The position numbers and the translations under genes were made by a program. Source: a virus (taxonomy: Duplodnaviria; Caudoviricetes). From it: a stretch of DNA of 64,000 nucleotides. The notes beneath the pieces are model-generated. The model was given only the letters and a program-made list of their open reading frames with translations. It was not told the origin of the DNA and did no database searches. Position 1 is the stretch's first letter. The number at the start of each line of letters is the position of its first letter. The stretch is taken from positions 3,690 through 67,689 of the IMG/VR virus record IMGVR_UViG_3300037483_000370; one strand, 5' to 3'. Below, piece by piece: positions 44,362 to 54,924 of this stretch.

Positions 44362-45873
44362 TTATTCATCAGGATGAGGACCTGTTCGATAACAACGTAA
44401 TTCATCTAAAGAACTATCAATAAATGCAACATCGGTTTCATTAAGAGAAGTCAGCGCAGGATAACCTACTCCAGATATCGATAATCCGGAACTGAGCTGT
44501 GACCAGGTTGAACCGTTAAAACGATAACAGCGTAATTCTTTTATTGCATTATCGAAAAACGCTACATCGGTTTCATTGAGCGCTGCTAATGCTGGAATAT
44601 TTGCACCAGATATCGATAATCCAGAACCAACTAGGGACCAGGTTGAACCGTTAAAACGATAACAACGTAATTCACAAATCGGCATATCGAAAAACGCTAC
44701 ATCGGTTTCATTGAGCGCTGCTAATGCTGGAATATTTGCACCAGATATCGATAATCCAGAACCAACTAGGGACCAGGTTGAACCGTTAAAACGATAACAA
44801 CGTAATTCATCTAAAGAACTATCAATAAATGCAACATCGGTTTCATTAAGAGAAGTCAGCGCAGGATAACCTACTCCAGATATCGATAATCCAGAACCAA
44901 CTAGGGACCAGGTTGAACCGTTAAAACGATAACAACGTAATTCATCTAAATAACTATCGATGAACGCAACATCGGTTTCATTAAGAGAAGTCAGCGCAGG
45001 ATAACCTACTCCAGATATCGATAATCCAGAACCAACTAGGGACCAGGTTGAACCGTTAAAACGATAACAACGTAATTCATCTAAATAACTATCGATGAAC
45101 GCAACATCGGTTTCATTAAGCGCTGCTAATTCGGGATACCCCGTATTTGGTATCGATAATCCAGAGCCTATCAATATGGGGGGTGGCCAAAACTCAAATA
45201 TTACTTGAACTTCAAATTCGGTTCCAGCAGCTATCAGGCTGTTGATTTTATCCATTAAAATAGACATCTGATCATCAGGTGTGTTTTCGACATAGAGAAT
45301 GAAAAAGAATATCATGCCCCGCACATTCCGTGATACCGCGGGCAATACCCATGTACCGACATATGCTGCCGGAGCAGTGAGTTGAAACGTTTCATAACAA
45401 TCAGCATAAGACACGTCAGCATAGGCCATGTCGTTATCATTCATTGCAATGTAAGGCTCAGCGGTAGAATAGGGCCGGGCATTATAGATAATGGCCGCTG
45501 GGCTTATTTTCGGCCCCAACACGATATCTATCACCCGTTCTTTGTACTGCGCGTTAGTCTCGCCAGAGGCCCGCATAAAATTCAGAAAATCATCAATCAT
45601 TAATGTGAGAAAAACGCCCTCACACTGGTCGAAACGCAATTGTTTGATCAGAGACATAGTAAGCCGGCGATTCCACTCCAGGGAATTGCCAATAGCCCCG
45701 ATATTCATATCGCTGGGTGCAGTTGGGATAGATGCCGGGATCCCTGTCTCATCAGCTATCAAAGCGCGGTAGACGGGATCCTCGGTGTCATAAAGGGCCT
45801 TGAGATATTTGTTAATAATCGGTGCAAGCGTATTCAATGCATTATCCTCATGGTACAGATGGATAGGTGACAA
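44362..45873 (-). CDS. baseplate wedge-type protein fused to a six-repeat propeller
   Basis: N-terminus follows baseplate J; six 45-aa repeats at the C-terminus. Confidence 0.7.
   Translation of the reverse strand: MSPIHLYHEDNALNTLAPIINKYLKALYDTEDPVYRALIADETGIPASIPTAPSDMNIGAIGNSLEWNRRLTMSLIKQLRFDQCEGVFLTLMIDDFLNFMRASGETNAQYKERVIDIVLGPKISPAAIIYNARPYSTAEPYIAMNDNDMAYADVSYADCYETFQLTAPAAYVGTWVLPAVSRNVRGMIFFFILYVENTPDDQMSILMDKINSLIAAGTEFEVQVIFEFWPPPILIGSGLSIPNTGYPELAALNETDVAFIDSYLDELRCYRFNGSTWSLVGSGLSISGVGYPALTSLNETDVAFIDSYLDELRCYRFNGSTWSLVGSGLSISGVGYPALTSLNETDVAFIDSSLDELRCYRFNGSTWSLVGSGLSISGANIPALAALNETDVAFFDMPICELRCYRFNGSTWSLVGSGLSISGANIPALAALNETDVAFFDNAIKELRCYRFNGSTWSQLSSGLSISGVGYPALTSLNETDVAFIDSSLDELRCYRTGPHPDE
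44380..45175. repeat. six near-identical 135-bp coding tandem repeats
   Basis: Unit landmarks at 44401, 44536, 44671, 44806, 44941 and 45076. Confidence 0.92.
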
Positions 45874-47278
45874 CGGTAATAATTACTGATGCACCATAGA
45901 CTGTCCCCGTACGGGCAACATTGGTTTCATTGATCGGTACATTAATGAGTGGTGTACTCATGGCTATATCATAGATCGCCGCATGAGCTTTCTTGGCAAG
46001 GGCGACCAACTCTGTCCAGACCACATCCTGTCCCAGCGTCCGGGTATTGATATACCGTTCTATCGCACTCTGGACCTTGGTAATAATTTCCGTCTCGTCC
46101 GATAAACTCCCAATCCGGTACACGGCCAAAGTTACAGGGACGGCATTGATTGTAGGTGCTATGATAACAAAAGTGATCCCTGCCGCGCCGCACCCTGGAT
46201 ATTGTGCAAGATCGTCAGGATCTCCGAAAAGCACCTTATTAACTTCTGCCAGGAGCGTAGACGATATAGTGCCCGTTCCATCGTCAACAACAACCGTATT
46301 GGTGCCTGCATATGGGTAATTACACCGCACCATGCAGCTTTTAACGCCCTGAATTTTTTCAACCCGCGCCTTGATACCCTCCGGTCGGGCCGACGAGAGG
46401 CCCCGGATATATGTCTGAAAACGTTGTTTTCGCTCAAGGTCGGTCTCCTGGTCGGTCCCATTGGCGAACGCGCTGTCATTGATCACGTATATCCCATCAC
46501 CCGATTGTGAGGTCAGAGCTCCTTTGCCGTTTCGGGTATCAACTGCATGGGCATCAATATCTCCTGCTTTACCAGCAGTCGCACAAACCGCCGCAATCTG
46601 TCCGGAGCTTGCATTACCCGCTGCTATAGATCCGGTTGCAGTAGTAAGATAATTGAGGTCGTCGACAGTAATGGCCATGGAAGATGAAAGCGGTTTAACA
46701 GAGGCCGTGGCGAGCAATACATCGGTCCCGGCTGCTGCCAGATAGTTTAACTGGTCGACGACTTCTTTGCCCGCATATTGATAAAGCTGGTCTGGATCCG
46801 TGCTGCCCGCGCTCGAAGTAACGAGAGTGCAGGTGTAATTTGCCAGTCCATTGATATAAGCAACCAACGCGGATATGGTCGTATAAGTAGAAAATAGAGC
46901 TGTGATGTTATCCCCTGACGCGCCGGCGCACACTGTTGAAAGGCCGGAACTGGTTATAGTCAAGAGACATGATGTACCGGCCCCAGTATAGTTAATGGTA
47001 AATATCGGTACTCGATAAAACCGGTAAAATCCGGTTGAGTAGGTTGCGGCCTTTTTCTCAAAGTCAAAACCATCATATAATGCGGATGGGATGGCCTTCC
47101 GCAGCGCGGTTAAAAAATCCATGCCCGTGGTAGCGCATACCTCGGCCACCATCCGGATGATTCCCTCCGTCCGCCCGCCGTCATTAAGGTTGGTTAGCCC
47201 AACCTCTTTTGATAAAAGATAATTGCGGCTAAGCTCAAATAATTGATCTGCTGTATAGACTTTTAAAATTTCGCTCAT
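45848..47278 (-). CDS. baseplate J-like protein
   Basis: AVCATAGKAGDI, GTDQETDLERKQRF...GLSSARPEGI...I.GV, VVVDDGTG, YINTRTLGQDV. Confidence 0.9.
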   Translation of the reverse strand: MSEILKVYTADQLFELSRNYLLSKEVGLTNLNDGGRTEGIIRMVAEVCATTGMDFLTALRKAIPSALYDGFDFEKKAATYSTGFYRFYRVPIFTINYTGAGTSCLLTITSSGLSTVCAGASGDNITALFSTYTTISALVAYINGLANYTCTLVTSSAGSTDPDQLYQYAGKEVVDQLNYLAAAGTDVLLATASVKPLSSSMAITVDDLNYLTTATGSIAAGNASSGQIAAVCATAGKAGDIDAHAVDTRNGKGALTSQSGDGIYVINDSAFANGTDQETDLERKQRFQTYIRGLSSARPEGIKARVEKIQGVKSCMVRCNYPYAGTNTVVVDDGTGTISSTLLAEVNKVLFGDPDDLAQYPGCGAAGITFVIIAPTINAVPVTLAVYRIGSLSDETEIITKVQSAIERYINTRTLGQDVVWTELVALAKKAHAAIYDIAMSTPLINVPINETNVARTGTVYGASVIITVVTYPSVP

Positions 47279-48231
47279 AATTGCACCTTAATAGTTTCAG
47301 AATAACCGCCAATTAATTCAATGGTTAGTGTTACCCAAATAGAATCTCCGATAACCGAGAGTGTTTTTCGGTTCACATATGCCGTGGACACCCGCGGGTC
47401 AAGCATGGCCTGTTGTTCAAGGTCATTACAAAATTGCTCAATCCGCACAACATACGGAACGCCGGTAAATCCTGATAATGGCGTAAGCCCCCATTCCGGG
47501 TGGGGAATAAGTGCTCCCTTCTTGCCGTTCATCCGGTCTTTAATATTTTCAATGACACACTCAAGACCCTTCACAACCGCGAGGTCACCATGGCCATCAA
47601 TCTGGAATTTTTTGTCTCGCAGCTTCAAGTCTGTGCCATATAAATATTGCTGGATAGAAGGAACTGACGTGGGATCATAGGTGGTTTCATATACGAGGTT
47701 GTCATCACCCCGCTGCAGGCCCTCCTCGGCTAACACCGGGATTTTGATTATGGTCCCCGCGCAGTCATTATCAATCAGATCGTTTTCGCTGATATCGTTT
47801 GCCGCTGCGATACGATGCCAAAGATTCGAGTCACCATAAAATAGCAAAGCAATTGATCTGAGTGTGTCGCCCTGGCATATCGAATGATACTTGTATGCAT
47901 ATCGGACGCTGCTAACGGGCTTCTCAAAGCCCTGATCAGCAAAATCATCCTCATTAATGACCGATACAGCAGAACCGGATGGAGTATATATCTCATCCTG
48001 GACCGGGGACTCAATCGAATCCGGATCAATCTTTTGCGCGGCGATAATCCCGCGGTTCAGAAGCCGGAGCTTGGCCAGCTCATTGTAATAAGCGATAGTA
48101 TCCAAGTCTGCCACGTCTACCAGGCTCACGATGCCGGCATCGAAATCCTCCCGCATATCCGCCGGAACCGACGCAGTGAAAATTTCGGAAATCAAGTTTT
48201 CAATTGTATCTTGAAGGTCGTTTTGTATCAT
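47275..48231 (-). CDS. LysM-containing baseplate wedge (gp25/GPW-like) protein
   Basis: LysM YHSICQGDTLRSIA..FYGDSNLW..IA.AN; HPEWGL, DPRV. Confidence 0.75.
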   Translation of the reverse strand: MIQNDLQDTIENLISEIFTASVPADMREDFDAGIVSLVDVADLDTIAYYNELAKLRLLNRGIIAAQKIDPDSIESPVQDEIYTPSGSAVSVINEDDFADQGFEKPVSSVRYAYKYHSICQGDTLRSIALLFYGDSNLWHRIAAANDISENDLIDNDCAGTIIKIPVLAEEGLQRGDDNLVYETTYDPTSVPSIQQYLYGTDLKLRDKKFQIDGHGDLAVVKGLECVIENIKDRMNGKKGALIPHPEWGLTPLSGFTGVPYVVRIEQFCNDLEQQAMLDPRVSTAYVNRKTLSVIGDSIWVTLTIELIGGYSETIKVQL

Positions 48232-49181
48232 ACCAGTGACAACTCTATATCATAATTATTTGGGTTCGCTGCCATATCCGACGCTTTACGTAGAGCGCGG
48301 TCTGTAGTCATAACACCTGTATATATCTGATTATTGGCCCATTCCAGGAACCCCCGGAGCCTGATCAATCGCTGATTAAGATAATATAGGGTATAATTTT
48401 CCGCCAGTGCCGTGGGGATCTGCGGATTATTTGCTCCCGTTGTTTGTGCTGCCGGTATCGGGGAGTTTTGCAGAGTAATTTTCGGCGTCTGCGCTGGCAG
48501 CGTTTCAGGTGATATGTTTTTCATCCATTCCACAATATCATTTACCATATTGGTTGACTTGAGCTTTTGATTAGGTGGCCGTAGCAGGCTAACGCCGATA
48601 TCCCGCTGATAGGCTCTCATGGAAATGTCATACCTAATGGAAAACGGGTCTGTTTTATCCCGGTCGATTGATAGTTCGTCAACCTTCACGCGCCAATGTT
48701 CATCATAATCAAAATTATGATATATAACATCGATTTTATCAGCCAGTCCGCCGTACATTCTCACAAATCGGGTCAGGGCATCGACGTTGGCCAGGCCCAC
48801 ACCTGAAAACATCGGAGCATGGAGTTTTCCCCCTGGGGTCATGGTATAATCACGATATCGGGATATCATATAGCGGAGTTTGATAAATTCAGTATAACCG
48901 TCGATTTCCGCCCCGTCTGCCGAGGGGCCAGCATAAAAAAAGTGCGTAGACCCCGTAATACGAATAGGTTTAAAATCATTACCAAAATCAGTTATATACC
49001 CGCCGGTTAAGGTAGCAGTTAAATCCGCACGTTGCCCCTCGGTGACCTTCTCGCTCTCCGGGGGGAGCTGGAAGAATATTGTGGTTATCGTGCCACCCTT
49101 ATGCTTGCGGAACTCAAAGGCCCAGATGTTTGTCGGCTCATAGGTGCCATACAGGGTGCGAACTATATCTTGTACGCTCAT
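48228..49181 (-). CDS. baseplate/tail structural protein
   Basis: Position in baseplate cluster. Confidence 0.55.
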   Translation of the reverse strand: MSVQDIVRTLYGTYEPTNIWAFEFRKHKGGTITTIFFQLPPESEKVTEGQRADLTATLTGGYITDFGNDFKPIRITGSTHFFYAGPSADGAEIDGYTEFIKLRYMISRYRDYTMTPGGKLHAPMFSGVGLANVDALTRFVRMYGGLADKIDVIYHNFDYDEHWRVKVDELSIDRDKTDPFSIRYDISMRAYQRDIGVSLLRPPNQKLKSTNMVNDIVEWMKNISPETLPAQTPKITLQNSPIPAAQTTGANNPQIPTALAENYTLYYLNQRLIRLRGFLEWANNQIYTGVMTTDRALRKASDMAANPNNYDIELSLV

Positions 49182-49537
49182 TTTGCTTCCACCGTAGTCT
49201 GCCCGGCATTAGTAATCTTATATTTACAACTGCAAGATTGTGGACCACCTGTACCCGTAAGAGTCCCGGAGCAGGTGCCCTCGTCGTCGAGCCGGAGCGG
49301 AGCCTTATTTTCCACTGTTTCCAGGGAGATGGCCTGAATGGATCCGCTGCCGCCCCCTGAAAGTACACCCTTGGTACATCCGGTCACGGTCCATGTGATC
49401 TGGTTTATCAGAATCCCCTTCCCGTTCGGCGCATGGTGTTTACTCACCGTCTGCGTATAGATGGGCGTGCCGGGTGTCGCTCCCGTCTGCGGCGTGATCG
49501 TCATGGTCCGATCGATGTTTGCTATCGCTTTTCCCAT
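49178..49537 (-). CDS. possible spike-tip (PAAR-like role) protein
   Basis: Small Gly/Thr/Cys-rich protein right after the spike gene. Confidence 0.4.
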   Translation of the reverse strand: MGKAIANIDRTMTITPQTGATPGTPIYTQTVSKHHAPNGKGILINQITWTVTGCTKGVLSGGGSGSIQAISLETVENKAPLRLDDEGTCSGTLTGTGGPQSCSCKYKITNAGQTTVEAK

Positions 49538-50295
49538 TATGGATTTATTACTAAGCTCCCATCATTAAAATCAATTTTGACCGGCGACTTAATATTGAGC
49601 TGGCCACTGGTGGTAAATTCAATAATCGTTGTTCCCACCGTATTCTGAATTTTAAGTGCCTGCCCCGCCTTAATAGTAAAATTGGCCGTGGCCTCCAGGC
49701 TGATGTCCGATACCGCAGTAACCTCTATTTTCGTTTTAGACTCGATCTTGAGATCGGTCTGGGTATATAATTCAACTGCCCCTGGCAGCGGGAGTTGGTC
49801 ACGGAACGCGAGGTAACTCCCTGAATAATGACCCAACACCACGTCTCCGGGCTGGTGGCTCTTGTTGGTCATAGGCATCATATATGCCGATTTAATATCC
49901 CTGTCTGGTTTTGCCTGATAGGGATATTTCTGTATAATGCAGGGATTAAACATATCTCCATCAAGAAACGCTACAGCCACCTGCCAGCCAGGTGTCGGCC
50001 CTTCATACAGGCCATGGATGGCGGTTGCTGATCCGGATTTTCGTCCATCAGTCCCGCAGGCCATGTTCGGACCGGGCCATGCAACGTATTTGACGTGGCC
50101 ACCCTTGGTCATAGCCAATTCAACCAGGGTATTGGCCATCATTGGCTCGGGATGAATCCCATAAACCTCGGCAATCTGAATTTCATAATTTCCTCGAACG
50201 TAGGAGTTATTCACATTGCGTTGTTTCGTGCGGAGCGCACTATCAGGACCGCTCTCAAATACTTTCCGTTTCCACTGACCCTCACGATTTTGCAT
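49537..50295 (-). CDS. baseplate spike (gpV-like)
   Basis: OB-fold-like N-terminus (P.PGWQVAVAFLDGD...P.I) and beta-helix-like C-terminus. Confidence 0.65.
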   Translation of the reverse strand: MQNREGQWKRKVFESGPDSALRTKQRNVNNSYVRGNYEIQIAEVYGIHPEPMMANTLVELAMTKGGHVKYVAWPGPNMACGTDGRKSGSATAIHGLYEGPTPGWQVAVAFLDGDMFNPCIIQKYPYQAKPDRDIKSAYMMPMTNKSHQPGDVVLGHYSGSYLAFRDQLPLPGAVELYTQTDLKIESKTKIEVTAVSDISLEATANFTIKAGQALKIQNTVGTTIIEFTTSGQLNIKSPVKIDFNDGSLVINP

Positions 50296-52010
50296 TATAG
50301 GCTCCCATCAAATAATGCCGGCATAGGCGGTATAATTTCCCAATCAAACAATAGGCGCATCCCACCCTGCATGTCCATGGGAATGGGAACGCCCCGGATC
50401 AGACTAAACATGGATGTATCGGCATAGCCGAACTCATAGTTATGATTTACATTATCGATATAATACAGGCCAATATCCCTGGCACATTCTACGCGGCTCC
50501 CGGATAAGCTGGGAAGATACAGGAGATACATTCCGGGCCGGGCGTATGGCAGGCACCTGGTTTGAACCGATCCCTCGTTAAACTTAGATGCGTTCCTGAA
50601 CCATACGTTTAACTGAGTCGCCAGTGATGGGACATTGATTGGAAGTCTGAATCTCTTATAAAGATCCTCTAAACTCTGACCGTCCATGCCGTCTGCTAAG
50701 AAGCTTGTCGCCGGGATCGTTGCCTCAAATTGCCGGCGTCCGAACGTCCTGACCCCGCCGGGGTAGAGCGGAACTTTTGGCCCTCCGGCAATAGACGGCG
50801 GTTGTCGTGAGCTTGAGCTCGCGGATCCAATGCGCCCACCGAGATTGGCAAAAAAATGAGTAAATTGCTGGGCATCGGATTGCCCCAGGTCTTTATCAAA
50901 AATATCATCATCAGTAATAATTACATAGTCACCGCCCAGAATTAGGTCCAGGGCACCCAGGCAATACAAATAGCTTGTCGCCAGCCACGGAGATACCCCG
51001 GTCCATAAGACTTCATAGGGAGTGGACCGAGCTACCAGATAGTTCATGCCCGCAAGCATGGGTGTTGGCAGACTTGTGCCAAAACGACCAGTAACAATGG
51101 TCCTACCGCCTGTTTCTGTGAATAATTCCATATACGGATCGGGAAGCAATCCTTTGAGAAATGCCCAAAAACTACCACCTTGGCAGTTTTGCATCATGGC
51201 AGAGTCAACCGTGAGCATTGAAACAATTGAGAAGGGCGATATCGCACCCAACGGTGATTCAGCAGATACAAAACGGCTGAACATCGGTGTCCCATCAGAT
51301 AGCATCATATAGGGCGGAATGGATAAGGGAATATACATCTGGGAGAGCAAGAATGACCGCACATAGTTGGTCAACGCGGTCGCCAGGGGAATGGCTCCCA
51401 TCTGCCCATTCATCTCGATAATTTTAGTCATCTGCTGCATTGTGCTGGCGGCTGCGCCTCCACCTGAAACATCATTGACATCATCCGCGGCCCCGGCAGT
51501 GACCGTATCGAACGATAGAATATTGCCATCATATATTGATCCCAACTCGTCAATCAGAGCGGTATACGTGACTCCCCCTCCCGGCGCAACATGGCGTCGG
51601 CAGTATCGAACGAACCCCGTGCATACACAGTAGCCATTCATCCAGAGTTGGGCAATGGCCATGGGTTTGAAAATGTCTCGCAGATCCGGGCCGAACTGGT
51701 CCCAACGAGATTTGAAAAATGATTTGCCTGCTACAGGGAGATTGATATTATCAAGCGCATCCCGATCACCGCTCATAGTCAGGGTAACGGATCCGGCGGG
51801 AGACGACCGGGATTTATTAAAACTGCATGAACGAATGATTGCGTTCACGTCAGTGCTTACAATCTCTATTGGGCAGAAGGGTATATTAAAGGCCGAGATC
51901 AATAGCTTGATCTTCGGAGCTTTCTTTTTGACTCGCTCCCGATCATTATATTCCAGGGTGGTTTCGATCCCGGCGTTATAGAGTATTTTGCGATCGTCGT
52001 TTAATTGCAT
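50295..52010 (-). CDS. baseplate hub protein (gp27/gpD-like)
   Basis: Lies between tape measure and spike; ARPGMYL...YYIDNVNHNY motif. Confidence 0.65.
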   Translation of the reverse strand: MQLNDDRKILYNAGIETTLEYNDRERVKKKAPKIKLLISAFNIPFCPIEIVSTDVNAIIRSCSFNKSRSSPAGSVTLTMSGDRDALDNINLPVAGKSFFKSRWDQFGPDLRDIFKPMAIAQLWMNGYCVCTGFVRYCRRHVAPGGGVTYTALIDELGSIYDGNILSFDTVTAGAADDVNDVSGGGAAASTMQQMTKIIEMNGQMGAIPLATALTNYVRSFLLSQMYIPLSIPPYMMLSDGTPMFSRFVSAESPLGAISPFSIVSMLTVDSAMMQNCQGGSFWAFLKGLLPDPYMELFTETGGRTIVTGRFGTSLPTPMLAGMNYLVARSTPYEVLWTGVSPWLATSYLYCLGALDLILGGDYVIITDDDIFDKDLGQSDAQQFTHFFANLGGRIGSASSSSRQPPSIAGGPKVPLYPGGVRTFGRRQFEATIPATSFLADGMDGQSLEDLYKRFRLPINVPSLATQLNVWFRNASKFNEGSVQTRCLPYARPGMYLLYLPSLSGSRVECARDIGLYYIDNVNHNYEFGYADTSMFSLIRGVPIPMDMQGGMRLLFDWEIIPPMPALFDGSL

Positions 52011-52014
52011 ATCA

Positions 52015-53580
52015 TTATTTTAGTATATCAAAATTCATATCTGGGAAAACCGACTTGTTTTCTTTTATCCTGCCGCCGGCATAACCAGCGGCCCGGTTTA
52101 ATGTCGGTATGACATTGTTCTGCAGCGTGTTTGCCAGATTCATCAGCGACTCATTCACCGTCAGAACTACTATACCCATATTCCGACCCATCTTACTTAA
52201 TAATAAGGCCTCCTGGGCGAGTTGCTGGGCCTGAAAATCGCCAAGCTTACCCACATTGGTGCGATATCGACCAGCCATGTCTTGATTAGCCAGGACAGTC
52301 TCAGTCCTTCCAACTTTTGGGGCCGCCCCACCCGCAGCCAGATAGTTAAAATACTGCGCTATGCCGGTTGTACTACTGGTCCCATGATAGCCGCCGATCC
52401 CCTGTTTGCCATAACGCATCGATGTTAAATTTTCGAGCTTGTTGCCCTTGCCTTTGCCTCCGAAAGTATTCAGAACCCATTTTTCATAATTCTCCTGCAG
52501 CAACGGATCGTTATGCTCGGCCAACAACATTGCCAGGGTATTAAGATTGCCATAATCTAATTTGGCACCCGATATATCTGCGTCTGAAAGTCCTGCACTT
52601 TTCATGGCTGCATTAAACGCTGTTCGCCGCTTATCGTTTGTGGCCATTCCCATGTATTGTTTAACCGCGCTGCGCCCGGCCATCAGCATCCGCGTGTTGG
52701 CAATTCCCTCGACATTGCCCTCGCCCACGGCTTTTCCGCCAGCCATATAGCTTTTGTATTGCTCAAGCGCGCTCTGGGTCGTTGCCATCCCTTTGTTGGC
52801 ACCAACCATATTAGATACGGAACGCCCCATTGTGATAGGAAGTTCGGAGGCATTAACACCGCGCCGGACCGCATCTTCCAGCTCGCTGGCAATGCCTCTC
52901 AAAAGAACCGGGAGGTCTGTTTGAATCCCCCGAGCTCCAGCCATGCCGGTGATGGCTGAAAATTTTCTACCAGCATTTCCCCCGAAACGATCCATAAGCC
53001 CAAGTTGCTGACCGATCTCACCAGTTCCTATGCCATATAGCCGGCCATAATGCAATGCCGATCCAAAGCGGCCGCCAGCACCGTATCGCCCGGCGGACAT
53101 CCGCCAGGATTTTGACAGTTCCCCGGTCTGCGCCGCATTATAGTAGCCTGCAAGATTCTTGGACTGTAAACCGCCGATCCCGGCGGTTCCCAATTGTTCG
53201 GATATTTTGGCCAGGTAGGCGTGGCCTATTTTCATGACCTGTGACATGACAAAGCCGCCTGCGGCTAGGGCGGCACCAGCGATCGGAAGGGTTGCTCCTA
53301 TGCGACTGATCCCGGTTGCCGCATCACCGCCCAGGCTCGGTATGCCGCCGCGGCCTCCACTACCCCCTCCGGTACGGCGTTTTGTTTCTTTGGTCTGGTT
53401 TTTTGTAGCTTTTTCCAGGTCCTTAATGGCCCGTTCAAGCGATTTAAAGACTCCGCCGCCATGCAGTATGCCATCCAGGGTCCCAGCACCGACCTTGGCT
53501 CCCATGGCCTTGGCCGTGGCGACCTGCTGTTTTATAGCGGAAAACTTGGAACCTATATTTATTTCAAACTTGCTGGCCAT
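52015..53580 (-). CDS. tape measure protein (521 aa)
   Basis: Ala/Gly-rich helical protein after the tail chaperones. Confidence 0.75.
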   Translation of the reverse strand: MASKFEINIGSKFSAIKQQVATAKAMGAKVGAGTLDGILHGGGVFKSLERAIKDLEKATKNQTKETKRRTGGGSGGRGGIPSLGGDAATGISRIGATLPIAGAALAAGGFVMSQVMKIGHAYLAKISEQLGTAGIGGLQSKNLAGYYNAAQTGELSKSWRMSAGRYGAGGRFGSALHYGRLYGIGTGEIGQQLGLMDRFGGNAGRKFSAITGMAGARGIQTDLPVLLRGIASELEDAVRRGVNASELPITMGRSVSNMVGANKGMATTQSALEQYKSYMAGGKAVGEGNVEGIANTRMLMAGRSAVKQYMGMATNDKRRTAFNAAMKSAGLSDADISGAKLDYGNLNTLAMLLAEHNDPLLQENYEKWVLNTFGGKGKGNKLENLTSMRYGKQGIGGYHGTSSTTGIAQYFNYLAAGGAAPKVGRTETVLANQDMAGRYRTNVGKLGDFQAQQLAQEALLLSKMGRNMGIVVLTVNESLMNLANTLQNNVIPTLNRAAGYAGGRIKENKSVFPDMNFDILK

Positions 53581-54061
53581 CTTGTTCTTTGTCTTTTTTC
53601 GTAAATATCTCTCGAATCTTATTTATATTGTTTCCGCTCGCCCGGAGTTGATCAGATAATGCCTTTAATCGCTCCAGGTTTTTAATCTTCGCATCATCAG
53701 TATCCTCAATACCGTATTGATCATTTAGCTTTTTGAGATCCTGCCTGCGGAAATTCTCCCGTTGCCGTTCAAGATACTCTGGCACAGAGATCCCGGCTGT
53801 TTTTGCCGCCATCTCCAGGACATCAGGCCGGAACTCAAGCTTTTTCTCATACATCCGGGTCAGGATCTTCTGCTTTTCCCGATCGTATCGGAGAGCCATT
53901 GCCATCTCCTCGGTCGTTGGGACTGTGGCCATCAGATAGAAAATAAATGTCTTTTGCTCATCGAGCAGGTGTTCCACCTTCAAGCCATTAGGTAACTGCT
54001 TAAACTCTCGAATGAAAAAGCCATCAACCGTGTACTTGGGATCCTCCGCCTCTATTACCAA
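53564..54061 (-). CDS. tail assembly chaperone, frameshift (GT-like) part
   Basis: Overlaps the upstream chaperone; its frame opens exactly at an A9 run. Confidence 0.6.
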   Translation of the reverse strand: MVIEAEDPKYTVDGFFIREFKQLPNGLKVEHLLDEQKTFIFYLMATVPTTEEMAMALRYDREKQKILTRMYEKKLEFRPDVLEMAAKTAGISVPEYLERQRENFRRQDLKKLNDQYGIEDTDDAKIKNLERLKALSDQLRASGNNINKIREIFTKKDKEQDGQQV

Positions 54062-54413
54062 GTTTATTTTTTTTTAACGAGTCCTGGAACTCGTTCGAAA
54101 ATTGTTGGATTTCATCGTATAACCGATCTAGGACATGTTTGTCGGGACACTCCATAGCCGATTTAAACCATGCCGGCTTGGTAGCGACCTGCTGGTCCAC
54201 GGTAGCTATTTTATCAAACAGTTCAAGGGATGAATCATGGAAGCTGTTGGCTGGCAGGCCATTTTGTAAAATAGAAATACGACGGGCAATAACAACCTCA
54301 TCTTCTGGGAAGATTGCCTTGATAACAAAAGGGTCCTCACCGACCTTAATAGCCTTTTTTCGGTCATCCTCAAGAAACAACATGTTGCGAACTGAATATT
54401 CTTTTTTCTCCAT
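54024..54413 (-). CDS. tail assembly chaperone (G-like)
   Basis: Start reassigned to MEKKEY after GGAG; between tube and tape measure. Confidence 0.65.
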   Translation of the reverse strand: MEKKEYSVRNMLFLEDDRKKAIKVGEDPFVIKAIFPEDEVVIARRISILQNGLPANSFHDSSLELFDKIATVDQQVATKPAWFKSAMECPDKHVLDRLYDEIQQFSNEFQDSLKKNKLGNRGGGSQVHG

Positions 54414-54439
54414 AGTGAAATCTCCTTTTTTTTGTATGA

Positions 54440-54898
54440 TTAACTGGTGTGCAAGCCCGGAAGTATCCGGGTCGCCCGCCATTGTGTTGCTCGGGTATTG
54501 AGGCCCTGGTTCGGAAAATCGATATCCTCCGACCCAAACTTGCACGCGATCATGGTGAATAAGACCTCCAGGGTGTGTAGGTCCATCATCACAAAATCAA
54601 ACATGCCAGCGGTGTTAATGGTATTGCGACCATCCCACTGCCAGCCAGGGGTAGAGAGCCTGCCCGGAACATTCTCGCCGCGCAAGACGAATGTATCCAT
54701 GCTGAAATTGGCGTTATATCCCATGGACTTGAAATAACGGTCCCCATAGAATCCGAGCGTCCGGATCCCCTGGAGCTCGTAATCGTGCGCCAGTCTGACC
54801 CCGGCAGCAAACGTCACAATTTTTCCATCCTGGATAACCAGGCTATCTATGCCCGCCCCTACTGGACCTTCCGGGTGAACTGCTTGTCCTTCAAACAT
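54440..54898 (-). CDS. tail tube protein
   Basis: 152 aa directly after the sheath. Confidence 0.75.
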   Translation of the reverse strand: MFEGQAVHPEGPVGAGIDSLVIQDGKIVTFAAGVRLAHDYELQGIRTLGFYGDRYFKSMGYNANFSMDTFVLRGENVPGRLSTPGWQWDGRNTINTAGMFDFVMMDLHTLEVLFTMIACKFGSEDIDFPNQGLNTRATQWRATRILPGLHTS

Positions 54899-54924
54899 TG
54901 TGTTTCCTCCTTCTCGGTATTCGC

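Noticed and set aside
42005-45873. Diversity-generating retroelement acting on the tail adhesins
   Set aside because: No reverse transcriptase or separate template repeat in the window, and differences between repeats are not adenine-specific.
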